Positions 35,591 through 49,828 are shown, numbered from the whole stretch's first letter. The stretch is DNA of 59,241 bases, filler included, from Ionaspis alba (GCA_964255285.1; 8 parts of 8 records of this genome joined end to end with filler, not necessarily neighbours in it); one strand, 5' to 3'. Program-made: numbers and translations. Notes: generated by a model not told the origin, from the sequence alone.

Positions 35591-37046
35591 ATGAGTCCGC
35601 TTCAGAACTCCACAATCCGGGAAGCACCAACAACATGTCAAAGCAAGCGGCGACGAGCTACCACAGGCCTGACAGAAGGTTTCCGGTCATCATGCACCTC
35701 CAAGACCACAAGCTCCGCTCAATGGTCACACAACATCAAGCCAGGCCGACGGCGACGACAACGACGTCTACCTTCACTAAACTCCCTCTCCGGTCGCACA
35801 ACATCACAAGTCTCGCTACTACGAACATTACTCACCATAATCCTCACACTCACCCTCTGGTGTGGCACATCCGCAGCCGGAACTTCTACGGGCAAGAAAT
35901 ACTGGGAAACCGACGAATTCGTCTCCTACGCCCAACGAGGCCAAATCCTCGTTGATCAACGGCCTCCTCCCGCAGCGGTCCGAGACCAAGCTTTGTACCG
36001 GCGCGAGTATGGATTTGGTGTTGTGGTTCCCCGACAAAACGTTGGCGACCCTTTTGCTTCGACGACGGATTTACCATCGCCATCGTCTGCGTCTTCTGCA
36101 TCTTCGCCTTCTTCGACGACGGTAGGGGGAAGTCAGATCTCGTCGTCTTCTTCGGTGCCGAGAACACTGGTTGTGAGTACGACGACAGCAACGCCTGTCA
36201 AGCCTTCGAAATCGAGTTCCGTCTCGCCTCAGGCATCGACCACCTTGATGACAACTCCCGGCTCGGATCTCAACTCTCCTTTACCCAAACCTTTCGACAC
36301 CAGTCTCGGTAGCAATTTCACCAGTTCCGCCTGCCCGGACTTCTTCAACTCCTTTCTCAACAACTCGACCTTTCAATCCTGCCTCCCATTCAGCACACTC
36401 CTCTTAGTAAGCCCCTCCCTCCATCTCCACATCCCACCCTTACTAACCCACTCAGAACTCCAACTCCTTCTTCCAAGCCTCCCACTCCATAACCCGCATG
36501 ACCCTAACCCTGGACGCAACCTGCTCCGCGCCCTTCCCCATCTGCAGCGCCCTCCTCTCTTCTCTCGCAACCGAGCTCCGCTCCCCCAACACCTGCGGCC
36601 CCGACTACTCCCTGCAAAACAGTCTCGTCCTACAAGCCGAATCCGACTTCCTCGCCTACGCCCCCCTCTACCGGGCCTCCTGCCTCAAAGCCTCTCCCTC
36701 AGGGGACTATTGTTTCGCATCCGCCATAACCAACACCAGCTCGCCGTCCGACGCGTACGTGTACTACCTCCCGCTGGGGATCCAATTGCCAGGGAGTTCG
36801 AGGCCGACGTGTAGCGAGTGCTTGAGGCAGACGATGGGGGTTTTTGCGGAGGAGGCGGGGAATCTAAGCATGCCGGTTAGTGGGGTTTACGGACAGGCGG
36901 CTGTGCAGATTAATTCGGGGTGCGGGCCGGGTTTTGTGAATGCGAGTGTGACGCCTATCAAGGGGACGGGGACGAGTGGAGGGTCTGTGGTGGGCGTACC
37001 GCTGGTGCTGGTCGGGATTGTGGTGCTGGCTGCGCTGGTTGTTTGA
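35591..37046 (+). CDS. Conserved fungal membrane or GPI-type protein with a Ser/Thr-rich linker and a Cys-rich extracellular domain (DUF7729-like, from memory); intron 36407-36455
   Basis: PKPFDTSLGSNFTSSACPDFF..CLPFSTLLL|NSNSFFQA..YCFASA..YYLPLG..PTCSECL..INSGCGPGF; internal hydrophobic segment and hydrophobic C-terminus. Confidence 0.75.
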
Positions 37047-37443
37047 GGAGTGGTGNNNNNNNNNNNNNNNNNNNNNNNNNNNNNNNNNNNNNNNNNNNNT
37101 TAATTAATTAANNNNNNNNNNNNNNNNNNNNNNNNNNNNNNNNNNNNNNNNNNNNTAACCTCATTGAGCTAAACGATCTCTATCAATGCTACAAGACTCG
37201 AGACTTCTCGTCCCATATAAAGTTGGCGACCAATGCTCACTCAGATCAACTAAGTCACACACCTCTCAGATTCAAGAGTTCTTGATGCTCCAGCTTCAGT
37301 CTGATACATTCAAACGAGTTATCAAGTCATACTGGCGTGGCTAGAATGCCCACGAATAAGACCCGTCTTTAGGCCAACCTCCCAGTATAACTATACTGCT
37401 TATATGAACTATACTAACCCCAATCAAGCCAGAAACCCATACC

Positions 37444-39131
37444 CTAATACTCCATCGCATCCTCAAACAACCCTCTTAACTGCTCCCTCTCCTCCCCCAC
37501 CTCCTCACTCAAATTCGGCGCCAACATAAGCACCCTCCTCTGCGGCAACGTGCCCTCAACCAGTTCATCAATATTCCCCCTCTCAAACCCCAACGCCTTC
37601 AATCCCCTCGGCTGATCTCCCAACTTCACCAAAAACTCCGCCAACGCCTCCCCCAGCACCTCCCCCGCCGACTCCCTCTTCACAGAACTAACATCCACGC
37701 CAAATACCTCCGCAGCCGCCAAATGCCTTTCCGGATTCGACGCGCCGGTGAAGCGGAACACGCTCGGCGCCGTCACGGCAACGCTAACTCCGTGCGGGAT
37801 GATCGGCTTGTCGATTACATACCCCTTGTGCTTATACCCGGGGTTCTGACCACTGATGGGGTAACTCATCCCATGGCACAAATGCACGCCCGCATTTCCA
37901 AAGCCCACGCCCGCCAGGGTCGCAGCAAGCAGCATCTGGCTCTGAGCCTCATGATCGTCGGGGTCTTTGACAGCGCGTGGGAGATACTTGACTGTACTGC
38001 GGAGCGCCTGCAGGGAGAAAATATCGCTGATGGGGTTCGCGCCCTGGTATGCAGGGCGGTTGATGGGATTTGCGGGACGGGGCATCCGCTCGTGGTAGGG
38101 GATTGCGGTCCAGGATTCGAGGGAGTGGCAGAGGACGTCGAGGCCCGAGGAGGCGTGCACGGCAGAGGGCATGGTGCGTGTGTTTAGGGGGTCGCAGATT
38201 CCGAGAGTTGGTTTGAGAACGCGGTGTGCGATACCGGTTTTTGCTTTTTTGGACACCAGGTCGAAGATGGCGGTGCCGGTTGTTTCGGAACCGGTGCCGG
38301 CGGTTGTGGGCACGGCGACGAGGGGCAGCAGAGGCTTGGTGATGGGAAGGCCTTTGCCTAGGGGGGCGTTGACGAAGTCTAGGAAGTCGGCATCGGGGAA
38401 GCAGGTGTAGAGGTTCATGAGCTTGGCGGTGTCGATGACGCTGCCGCCGCCGACGGCGAGGAAGGCGTCGGGGCGGTAGGGTTTGGCGAAGTCGATGGCT
38501 TCGCGGATGCTGTACAGAAAGTGTCAACTATATATGGGAGGCCGGGAATTGGGGGGAACGAACGAGCTATCCTTCGGCTCCACCATCGTGTTCTCATAAA
38601 TCGTAAACTCAATTCCTTCTCTCGTCAAGCCCTCCACAACCTGCTTCATCGCATCCAGCTTCGCCACATTCACATCCGTTACCACGCACACTCGTTTCGC
38701 GCCCATGTTCTTGAAGTCCATCCCCACTTCCTGTGTGCAGCCGGGGCCAAAGCGGATACTGGATGCAGCCATCTCGAAGGCATATTCCTTCTGCCGCGAG
38801 GNNNNNNNNNNNNNNNNNNNNNNNNNNNNNNNNNNNNNNNNNNNNNNNNNNNNNNNNNNNNNNNNNNNNNNNNNNNNNNNNNNNNNNNNNNNNNNNNNNN
38901 NCCAAAGCGGATACTGGATGCAGCCATCTCGAAGGCATATTCCTTCTGCCGCGAGGCATCGATGGGAGTGGCGAGAGAGCGTTTGGCATGATTGAGAAGC
39001 GCTGGTGTGTGGTGATGATGACCTGGATTTGAGTGGCAGGGGCAATTGGGTGGATGCGTGTATTGGACTGTGCGGAGGAGGTTGAGGGCACGTTTCGCCG
39101 CTGTGGGGATGACACGGACAGGGAGAACCAT
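37444..39131 (-). CDS. ADHFE1: Hydroxyacid-oxoacid transhydrogenase (Fe-containing alcohol dehydrogenase family), mitochondrial; intron 38563-38510; the N gap at 38802-38901 is a false duplication
   Basis: KEYAFEMAASSIRFGPG, AVGGGSVIDTAK, VPTTAGTGSETTG, GFGNAGVHLCHGMSYP and PHG motifs; presequence-like N-terminus with CPCH. Confidence 0.92.
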
Positions 39132-39695
39132 GATGGACGGATTAGGTTGGGTGGGTTCAAGGTGGTATATCAATCATTGAGCATACTGAACGTACACAAT
39201 TGATGATTTGGTCTGATACCAAACCTTTTCCAGCCTCCATATTTGGCAACTCCGCCCTCGGCACACATCCGTTTTTGCGGAGATTTCCCCACATTATCGG
39301 TTAGTTGTCAATGACGGGGTTGTGGCTTGGCGACAGCGTGGGGAAATATGTCATTGTGCACAAAATACATATAAACGATGCATAATATATTGGTCAAGAT
39401 ATTGTAGTGCTGGAACATCAGAATCCAGACACCTCACGGTGTGAACAAGAAGTCGACGCATAGATACCATTTTTGCTCCTGACAATCTATAATGATACCT
39501 GCCGCCGATCCCCCGAGCTTTGCATTCCATCTCCACCACAATTCGGGAGAATCCACAAAACCCTATAGAACACACATCCTATGCGCGAAATTTTTACATT
39601 CTCCTGAACAATGCCAAACATGTTTTGAATGACAACGTAAGCGCACCAATGAAAGGACTTCACAGTCGTCAAGCTGCCCTTGCGGTAGAAACCGT

Positions 39696-42600
39696 CTATT
39701 CCGAACCCTGTCGTCCCCGCCCATTGCCATTCGAGGCACCCTTCTTCACAACCTCCAAAATAATATCCTTCGCCTGCTCAACCCCATCCTTACTTCCAAC
39801 TATCTCAATAGCTTCTCCCTTAGCCTGGTCCCGTGGAACATTGATCTTGCAACCCGTCTGCTTCCTAATGGAATTGATCTGCGAGCCTCCAGGACCGATG
39901 ACAAAACGATAGGTCTTAGGATCTGGCAAGATGAGATACCCCGTAGCTGACTGCTGCTGCGCTTGCGCGAGAGCTTTCTCCAATGCAGCACGGGCTTTGG
40001 CGATGTTCTCGGGAGAGCCACGGAGAACCCATGGGATCTCGCCGTCCTCGGCATTTTCTGAGCTCTGATCCACGATTTCCCATGAAAAGTTATCGACATT
40101 GTCCGGGTCATCTGTGATCAATGGCAAAGAAGCTCCACCATTGACGCGAGGTCGTGGCGCAGCTGACGATCTCGCTGGCGGTTGCTGGCCGGCATGATCG
40201 ACCGTGACTTTGTGGTCGTTGCGGAGGCGTCGGAATAATTGGCCGTTATCGGAAATGATGTGGTGCACTCCTCGAGGTACTTGAATTGTCTCACCCTCTT
40301 GTTCCTTGACCATCTCAAGGATGTGCGCCTTTGCCTTTTGCACCTGGTCTGGTAGCCCTGCAACCTTGATTAGAGAGCGTGCAGCTCCTTGCACCGACTG
40401 TTTTGGTATATCGATGCTGACTTCGAACTTGTTTTCGAGGTTCTTTCGAGTCTCTCCACCATGTCCGATCAAAAGGCGGTGTTTCTCCGGAGCAACTTCG
40501 ATGGTCTCGGTGACCTGATTTTCTCGTTGATCCACAAAAGCTTCGATTGCAGCGACGATTTTCTCGACAATAGCCTGGTTGCCTTCCACGCGAATGGTAG
40601 ACTCGTCAGATTCTTGGCGAGGAAAGCGAACAGTTCGAGCAAGTTCTCTTCGATCGTCAGAACCACCAGCTTGAAGGACGATGTTGCGGATATTAGCACC
40701 TAGTACTCGTTAGCTACCAATCAACACTGAAAGTTCAGTCATTCTTACCTCCGCTGCCAATAAGAGCCTTGTGATACTTCTTGTCTACATCGAGCGACTT
40801 AGTGATGGTATCATCGTAGGCCTTGGCTCTTTGCTCCAATAGCTTCTTCGCGTCCTCGACCTGCTTCTTGGAGCCTTTGACCTTGAGTTCAACCCGTCCT
40901 GACGGATCAGCTGCTTCCCGGCTGCCTGGTATATCGATCTTGGCTCCTGTAATCTCTCGAATGCTTTCCATTTCCCGACCTCCTTGGCCGATAAGCGACG
41001 GAAGTTGGCTTTGTGCCACTGAGACGATGGCACTATGAGAATTATCGATCGTGTATTGAAGCAGATTGAGCAGTTCCTCGCGAGCTTCGTCGGCACCCTT
41101 CTTCGGACCGCGGATAATAACCTCATCTGGTGCTTGATTGGACCGGAAGATTTTCGCACCACCAGGTTCGCTCGTACCGTCCGCCACAGACTCGTCGTCG
41201 TTCGCAACGTGTGCTGTTCTTGGGAATTGTACGCGGACGTTATAGCGCTCTTGAAGTCTATTGACTTGACTTCCCTTGGCACCGATCAGCTCACGGTGGA
41301 ACTGAGGCTTGATCTTCAATGTGTGCGTAGCTTCATCTTCCAGCTTCTTGGCCATGCTGAGAATCCGGCTCTTCGCAGCTTCGGCTTTAGCTTTTGGTCC
41401 TTTCAGCTCCACCTTGCCCTCATTGACTTGTATGTCGACGTCGAACTCCTCACGTAGCTTGTTGATATTGTCGCCCCTCTTTCCAATCAGATAATTTGCA
41501 TACTTTTGTGGGAAGTCGAAGCTCATGGTAAATCCGCGTTCTAACTCGTCCTTCTTCTCAGCCTCGATAAATGCAAGAATGTCTTCCATGAGAGGATCAA
41601 GACGGTCAGCCGGTCCACGTAGCATGGCTTCAGGTCCAGGAACATTTGAAGGCGGGGCTTGAGATCCAGCGTGCCTTCCATTGATGTCTTGCTGAGAAGG
41701 AATGATGAATTGCATGGGCAGTATACCAGGTGGTAGATTTTGTTGCTTACGATTAATAAATTTCCGTGTCTTATTATGGAATCTGTCATTCTGGTCAGCT
41801 AAGATGTTTGGTAAGAGTTGGAATGACATACTTAGGAGGGACTTCGATTCCGCGGGCGTCTATTCGACCTTGCTCGTTAACCAGATTCATGATATAATCC
41901 TCTGCGTCTTGTAAAGCACGCTCAAATTGAGCTATCTCTGACTGTGATGGTCGTTGTCGCGGAGGCTGGAATGCACCCTCTTCTGGCATAGCTCCTTCAT
42001 AAACAAGGACAAGCTGTGGTTCAGCATCCGACTCGCTAGGTAAAACCATGTGGACGCCATGCTCATGCCGGACGTTGCGGCGATGTGCAGACTCCAGGTG
42101 TGGGTAGAAGAAAGGATCAATGTCGACATGCCTCAATCGTGATGGTGGATGAGCATTGATGAGGTTCATGATATCAGACCGAGCTCGAATAATGTTCTTG
42201 CCGTCTCGCGAGTAGACCTCCCAAGACATCGGGCCGTCTTCAGACGTTGGTAGAACGATACGGGAGTCATACATCTTTTCAAGCTGGGCAATTGCTTCAC
42301 GCTGTCGCAAATAACGAGTGACAGCGCGTGCATGCGCCTGAGCACCTTGTGGTGCGTTGCTATGTTGACGGGCAACATCAATCACGGACGACTGCATGCT
42401 TGCGGCAAGGTTCAAAACCTTGTCAATACCGAGCTCAAGTCTGTCCTGTGGTCCAGTGATGGTGATCAGTTCAGTATCGTCAGATTCTGGAGGCAGAATC
42501 ACAGCGCAACCCGTTTCTGCAAGTAGCTCATCCAACGAGTTCCCATTGTCTCCAACGATGAATTGATGCTGTCCCCTGTTGATGGCAAGTTGCGAGAGAC

Positions 42601-43861
42601 CAATCTGCCGACGAAGCTGCTCCACTTGACGTTCAATCTCCTGGCGAACATCCTGGACTGCGCGACGGTCTCCCGAAAGCTGAATATGGTTTGTCGGGTG
42701 AGGGATAAACATTGGAGATTTAGAATCTTGCGGCGGGGGTTGTTGTGACCATGAGTAGTATTGCGGAATATTGATCTTGATGTTTCGGCCATCTTGGAGA
42801 GCATCTACACCCGTATTTCGAGGTCCAGCCAAGAACGGATAGAACTCTGCAGGGATGTCTCGCAATCTCATATTGATCGTCGAGGTACGATCATTTATGA
42901 TCTCCTCAATTTCACGTCGAGCCATTTCCGCAGCAACTGCGTCACCTTCAATGGAGACATCAATAGTAGCACTATCGTCGTCTTCTTCGAATGGAACAGA
43001 GCCTTTCTCAAAATTGGGTACCTGTATCCTTGCTCCAGTCCTCTTGGTAATGCCTTGGACTACAGCACCTTGCCGACCGATGATGTGGGGCCGGACGCTG
43101 GCGGGACATTGCACCTGGACCGTTTGCTTGGAGCCGACCTCCTTCGCAACATCCTTCAAGGCCTGGCGTACAGCATCCCTTGGCCCAATGCCTTCGAAGT
43201 TTATCACACCCCCTGGCCCAGGTGTCATTGTTACTGTGGCTTTTGATCTCTTATTGATATCACGCAAGACGTCCAGCAGCGGTTTCCTCAGCTCTTTCCT
43301 TGGCATTAGCTGAGAGGGCGCAAATTGGATCCTCTCGTTATGCCGCCCTGGCATTGACATTTGTTGTGGCCCATTACCTCTAGCAAACTTGGAGGCATTC
43401 GTCGATGTCGGCGTTAGGATACCAGAACCGGGTGTCGAGGGACGAGAGTCGTGCCCGTTTATTCCATTCATATTCCCGTTAGCTACTGACGCTGGCTTCT
43501 TTGCGCCCCATGCTGTCGAAATTGGGCCCTGAGCGCGAGGCTTTGGGCCGCCACCCAAGGCAGGAAAGAGCTCTTCATTCTTGGTGTCGAAAGCAGCAGA
43601 CTTATTCTTGACCGGCTCGTCTGCTTGTTTCTCCTTTTGTTTCCCAAGCGCCTTGTCCGATAGAGGTTCCATTGGTGCGCCTGCCAGAGCAGGTAGTGCT
43701 GAAGATGGTGGTGGGTGAGCTATATCCTCTTCATCGACAACATCTTCGATTGTGGGATTGTGCACATCGGCATGATGCTGCTGCTGCATCTTCTCAGCGA
43801 ACGAGGGAACAGTGGCCGAGGCGGCTGCCCAATCTTCAATGGAAGAAGGATGAGTAGACAT
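39696..43861 (-). CDS. SCP160: Multi-KH RNA-binding protein Scp160/vigilin; exons 43861-41832, 41782-40749, 40699-39696
   Basis: Many KH GxxG motifs (IIGRQG, LIGKRG, LIGAKG, LIGQGG, LIGSGG, LIGHGG, VIGPGG) and an N-terminal EELFPALGG. Two 49-bp introns keep the frame. Confidence 0.93.
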
Positions 43862-45544
43862 TATCGCGAGGTTTGAAGGTGCAACAACATAGAGAGATGG
43901 GAAGAACAAGACAGCTCAAGACGAGAGAGAAGCCTCAAGAAATATGGAAAGTAATAAATTGAACAAGGTTCTGACCTGGGCGTGCCTGATTTGGGGGTGG
44001 ACCAAGGCCTAGGCTGGAAGAAGTTTAGGGGTGTGATTGGCATCATGCTTATTTCTCCGCCAAGCTCCTCAAGCCATGGTTCGCACTGTCGAAATGGAGG
44101 TTATCGTGATATGAACCGCAGAGACGCTCGTACCAACCTTGTGTTCATATGTTAAACAAAAATGATATGGGGATTCGTGACAGTGCTTCCGGACTTACAT
44201 CCTCCCACAAAGCATACTGCGGAGATCCTTCAAAGCTCGTTCTTGCAAGTCTACAGATCAACAGGAACGTTGCCTTACTACTTATAACGCCCGAAAAGGG
44301 ATCCTCAGCTCATATAAATGAATCACATCTCACTGCCTCGTGAGATTAGCCTAGAATTATAACAGTGGGAAGTTACTGGACGACAATGGAGCTTTCACCC
44401 CATTAATTCGTTTACTTTCCCTTGGTTCAAGATATCCTGCCATTCCAACTAACGTACCNNNNNNNNNNNNNNNNNNNNNNNNNNNNNNNNNNNNNNNNNN
44501 NNTTAATTAATTAANNNNNNNNNNNNNNNNNNNNNNNNNNNNNNNNNNNNNNNNNNNNGACGACTGGTATAATCTTGCAATGCACAGCAAGTGAACCTTC
44601 ACACGTTTCAGAACGATTGTATTAACCCTGTTCATTGACTTCACGTCCAATAACCGGGTGGTTTCTGCGAGCGAGGTACCTTACATTTGCATCGAAAATT
44701 GGAGGTATATGTCGGAAGTCGGACTCCCTCGCTCCTTGTTTTGCCATGCACGCTGCTTGCAAAATAGTTGGAAGGTTTTGTTCGAGGCGCGGGCGGGTAT
44801 GTATGAACCTGCAAATTATCCTGCAAGCCGCGTGGATACCTGGAGGAGATCCACATGCCGGCCAGCAGGACGTCGGCGATCATTCCATTGGCGACGCATG
44901 GTTTCCTCATCCAGGCCCAAAGCCTCGGTCCCGGCTCTAAGCAGATCTATCAAAAGCATACCACACTTACACGACGACATTTACCAATCAGACCCTGGGC
45001 GTCCAGTCTCGAACTGCCGGGTCCTTATCTGCATCCCGCCTCGAGCGATTGCCCGGTGGCGATGTCCGAACAAGGGAGCTGTCCACCTAGCACGCGACTC
45101 TAGCATGAGCTGGTCGCACTTGTAGGGGCAGCTAGCGATGTGACCGGCAAGGGAGGGGCGGGGTGTTATCAGTGGGAGGGTTGATATGGGGGGTGCCATT
45201 GACTACCTAATAGGATGGATACGTCTTCGAAGATGAAGGCTCTGGTCGGCGGGCTCCATCTATTCCATTCCCCCTTGCTGGTGCGGTTGAAGGACTACTT
45301 GAACTGGGGTTGGTGCTGCTGCATCTCTCGTTTCTCTTGAGCTTGACTCCTGGTCGCTGCATGTACCTCCATTGACTGTACTGTGCAAAACTCAGATCTG
45401 ATCTGAATCAATCTCTCTCCCTTCTACCTTCCCACTCTATAAGAAGCACCCCCATCAGTGGTTCAACCATCTCCTTACCTCCGGGCATCCCATCTCACTG
45501 CCACCATCCTCAGTGAGCTTCCCAGCCCACCACCCTCACCCAAA

Positions 45545-47384
45545 ATGCTGGACGACAAGCACGACGCCTACGGCATCGACACCGAAGCCGGTGGCGAGCG
45601 CTTCTCCGACGAAAAGAACGGCATCTATGCCGACGAAACGGGCGCTGTGCCAGGCGAGAGCTTCACTTATGGCAACAGTACGTATGCGAAGCTGCAGCGG
45701 TGGGCAGGGAAATTCAATATCGAGCAGAGGGGGATTGAACGCGTGCCGGAGAATGAGAGAACGGATACGAGTTTGATAAAGGTTGGGACGATGGTATGTC
45801 TTTACCCCACTCTTTCCAGCACGACCATTGCGAAAGAAAAGACGGAAGAGATGTGGGGATGAGGCAATGGATTGTGCTGATGATAGATGGGCGATATAGT
45901 GGTTAGCTGCCAATATGGTCGTCTCGTCTTTCGCTATCGGATCCCTTGCTGTTACGGTTTTCGAGCTGGGGTTCGTCGATGCGCTGCTTACAATCCTCTT
46001 CATCAATCTTCTGGGCATCACTCCCGTCTGCTTCTTCTCGACTTTCGGACCTCGATTCGGGCTCAGGCAGATGGTACTTTCGCGCTTCTTTTTTGGTTTC
46101 TACGGTGTCAAAATTAGTATGCCTTCCTTCCTTTTCCCACATCCCCTTTCGCATATGCATAAAATCAAGAACTTACCACCATTTAATGGTACCCCAAGCT
46201 GATCCATGACCACAGTCGCGATCTTCAACATCCTCGCCTGCGTCGGCTGGTCCAGCGTCAACGTAATCGTTGGCGCCCAACTCCTGCACGCCGTCAACGC
46301 CTCCGTGCCCGGCTGGGCCGGCATCATCATCATCGCAGCCGCAACCTTCATTGTCACGCTCTTCGGCTATAAAATCGTCCACATGTACGAATTCTGGTCC
46401 TGGATCCCTTGCTTCATCATCTTCCTGATCGTGCTCGGGGAGTTCGCTCGCAGCGGCGCCTTCGTCAACATACCCATGGGCTCCGGCTCCTCGGAAGCAG
46501 GCTCCGTGTTGAGTTTTTCCAGTGCGGTGTTTGGGTTCGCTACGGGCTGGACAAGCTACGCGGCTGATTATACGGTGTATCAGCCGGCGCATGTGAGTCG
46601 CGTGAAGGTGTTTTTGTGGACCTGGGCGGGATTGATCTTCCCGCTTTGTTTTACGGAGATGTTGGGATTGGCGGTTGCGACCGCCGTGACCTCGACGCCG
46701 GCTTACGAGACTGAGTACAAGGCGGCGGGGATCGGAGGTCTCCTGGCGGCGGTGTTGTTCCCGCCGTTGGGACGGTTCGGCGAGTTTTGCCTCGTTGTGC
46801 TGGCGTTGAGTATTATTGCGAACAATTGCCCGAATATTTATAGCGTGGGGTTTAGCTTGCAGATGATGGGCAGGTGGACGCAATATGTGCCGAGGTTTCT
46901 CTGGACTTTCATTGGTACGTTGGTGTATTGTGCCATCGCGATTCCGGGATATAGCTCTTTTGAGGCTGTGTTGACGAACTTCATGTTGTTGATTGTAAGT
47001 ATTTCTCTCTCTTTGTCCTTGAGCTTGCTTTCTTATTGGGGAGAGACAGCGCTCATGAGGTATTAGGGATACTGGCTCGCCATCTATGAGGGTATCGCTT
47101 TGACCGAGCATTTCCTCTTCAAGCGAGGTATCAATGGCTACAATGTCGCCATTTACCTCGATCGAAATGCTCTTCCACCAGGCATTGCCGCCATCGTCGC
47201 GTTCCTGTTTGGAGTCTTCGGGGCTGTCATGGGAATGGCTCAGGTGTGGTTTATTGGGCCCATTGGAAAGCAGATTGGGCTACCTGAATTTGGCGGTGAT
47301 GTGGGATTCCCGTTGGCTTTTGCCTTTAGTGCGATCTCTTATGCAGGCATGAGGTATGTGGAGAAGAAGAAGTTTGGGAGGTAG
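45545..47384 (+). CDS. Purine-cytosine permease (NCS1 family, FCY2-like); introns 45794-45899, 46117-46215, 46995-47066
   Basis: IEQRGIERVPE, FGPRFGLRQMVLSRFFFG, GWTSYAADY and NNCPNIYS motifs; canonical introns keep the frame. Confidence 0.9.
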
Positions 47385-48055
47385 GGTTTGTATGTTGCAG
47401 TCTAGGCAACGAATAGTTGAGGCTTGGTTTTGGATCAGTTCAAGCTTTGTGAATTGTATATCTCACACACCCGTCGCAACCATTATTTGAGCGTGACGTT
47501 ACTCACAATGATGAGTCTGCACATTTGATTGACAGGTTTGATATATGGCAAATGCGGTTCCAAGACGTATCCTAGGTATTTCTGGAGGACATCAACTCTG
47601 CTGTTTGCCACCTCCTGAAAACGTCGGACGAACCTGGAGATGCAACATAACTTGGCTGTCACACATATTCGAGCGCTTTCGGGTGATCTATCTCAATTCA
47701 AGAACTGCACGTTTGTGAAGCTCATCTGATTAGGATGTTCTGCCATGATTGATGGAGCTTCATATTGGCAAGGCTGAATGAAAACGAGCTAGAGAAACCT
47801 TGCAGACCCCTATTCCCGTGTCTCGAGCGTCACCAGTTTGCCTCCATTGCTCCAGCAGTTGTGCTTGTATAACAGCAAGCACCACACCGATCCCCTCATC
47901 TGTATCAATAGTCGTCTTGTATTTGTACTCGTCTCTTTTCTTCTTCGCCACTTCCAATCAACGCCCAGCCATACCATCGTCGGCTGTCCCATTTACAGCG
48001 TCCTCTCTCTCCTCTTCCTTCAATCGGAATCCTTCGCAAGAACAAAAAGTCGATC

Positions 48056-49142
48056 AGTAAGCTAAATTCCCCTCGTTTTTGCTGCAACCTCGAGCTGCAC
48101 ACAGCCCCCGTACGACTGAGTACTGTACCCTTCCCCCCTACCCTCTCCGAGCATGTCCTGGTTGTGGCTACTCGTGACGAACTCACCCGTTCTTGCCCCC
48201 GATCTTTCCTCCTACTCGAGTCCGAGAAACGCCTCGCTAATGGATGCGGACCGCTTACCCTGACGACAGTGAACCCGCCATCACTCCTGCCCCGCCTTTT
48301 CAATTGCCCCACCTACTTTTCGTCCTCTCTCATCAGATCTTCCGTCCGACAACTTTCTTCTCCTTCCATCAATCACGCCAGATTCACCAATCCATCATTC
48401 ACTAGATACTTCCACGCAACACCAGCAGCCATGACCCACGTCTATTTCGATGTCACTTATGACCAACCCCACCCCGAGAAGAAGGGCAACACTCAGAGTA
48501 AGTAATGTCCACCGTGACCTTGATGTCACCCTCAGCTACATCACTTTAACAAATCGTAGCCGTACAGGGACGTATCAACTTCAAGCTCTACGACGATGTT
48601 GTCCCCAGGACCACGAAGAACTTCATTGCACTTTGCACTGGGGAGAAAGGCTTTGGCTACAAAGGATCGAAGTTCCACCGTGTGATTCCCAGTTTCATGC
48701 TTCAGGGAGGTGACTTCACCCGCGGCAACGTAAGTCTTATTGTGAGCTCGACCTTTGTTTTGTCATCGGGTTGACGTCTCCTCAGGGCACCGGCGGAAAA
48801 TCAATTTATGGCGAGAAGTTTGCGGACGAGAACTTCAAGATCAAACACTCGAAGCCTGGCCTACTTTCAATGGCCAATGCTGGACCTAATACGTAAGATT
48901 GTCCTATCCTTAGGAAGGACGATGTCCATTTTACCAACTCTCATAACTCTAGCAACGGCTCGCAATTCTTCATCACCACTGTCGTCACGGGATGGCTCGA
49001 CGACAAACATGTTGTCTTCGGAGAGGTCGCGGACGACAGCTCCATGCAGGTTGTCCAAGCCATCGAGAAGACCGGCACCGCTTCCGGTAAGAACAAGTAT
49101 GCCAATGTGCCTACCATCGTCGACTGTGGGGTCTCGCAGTAG
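48056..49142 (+). CDS. Cyclophilin A-type peptidyl-prolyl isomerase; cytosolic form from ATG 48431, predicted mitochondrial form from a split ATG (A48056 plus TG48270-48271)
   Basis: The spliced core reads [101 protein letters not shown], with three internal GTAAG..YAG introns. An upstream in-frame 54-codon presequence-like stretch is present. Confidence 0.92.
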
Positions 49143-49828
49143 GAGGTTCCAACCAAAGCATACTAAGGTCTCGCGGGTCCTCCATGTCGTGTTGAAAACA
49201 AAAGAAAAGTGCAACGCAATTCTCGGAAGGTGGCAATATAGCACGGTGGAGCTATCTCGGCCATTAGCTTAGACTTACGAAAAGGAGTTTCCACTGTGGC
49301 CTTACCTCTCGATGCCGTGACCGAATCCTGCCTGCAATCACGTACTTGACTCCACAAACCATGAATCTATTATCTCCGTCCCTCAGCCAACAACACCTTC
49401 CACCAACCTTTTTCCCCTCCTCCTAACAACCCCATCCAAAATCTCCCTAACCTGCTTGCACCCATCCACCCCCACGGCCAACATCCCCTCCAANNNNNNN
49501 NNNNNNNNNNNNNNNNNNNNNNNNNNNNNNNNNNNNNNNNNNNNNNNNNNNNNNNNNNNNNNNNNNNNNNNNNNNNNNNNNNNNNNNNNNNNNTTTTATA
49601 TTCAGACTGCTGCGTAGCTTCTTCCACTCTGTCAATACACCATCCACTACAACCACGAAACACGCGCAAGAACTTCATCCTTGCACACTCCTCCGCTCCT
49701 CAATATCCATTGACTCACGTTTTCAATCATCTCCACTCCTACATTTGATAGCCGCAGCACCTACCGCTTCCGACTCATACGCAACTCCACGTCTCCCTCT
49801 CACCACCATCTATCCCTTACCTCCACCG

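Noticed and set aside
38747..38956. Apparent internal duplication or frameshift in ADHFE1
   Set aside because: The same 55-bp gap-overlap artefact; collapsing it restores one continuous frame.
44559..45544. TPP riboswitch upstream of the NCS1 permease
   Set aside because: I found no CTGAGA..ATACC..GAACCTGAT core arrangement by eye; an Rfam RF00059 scan would settle it.
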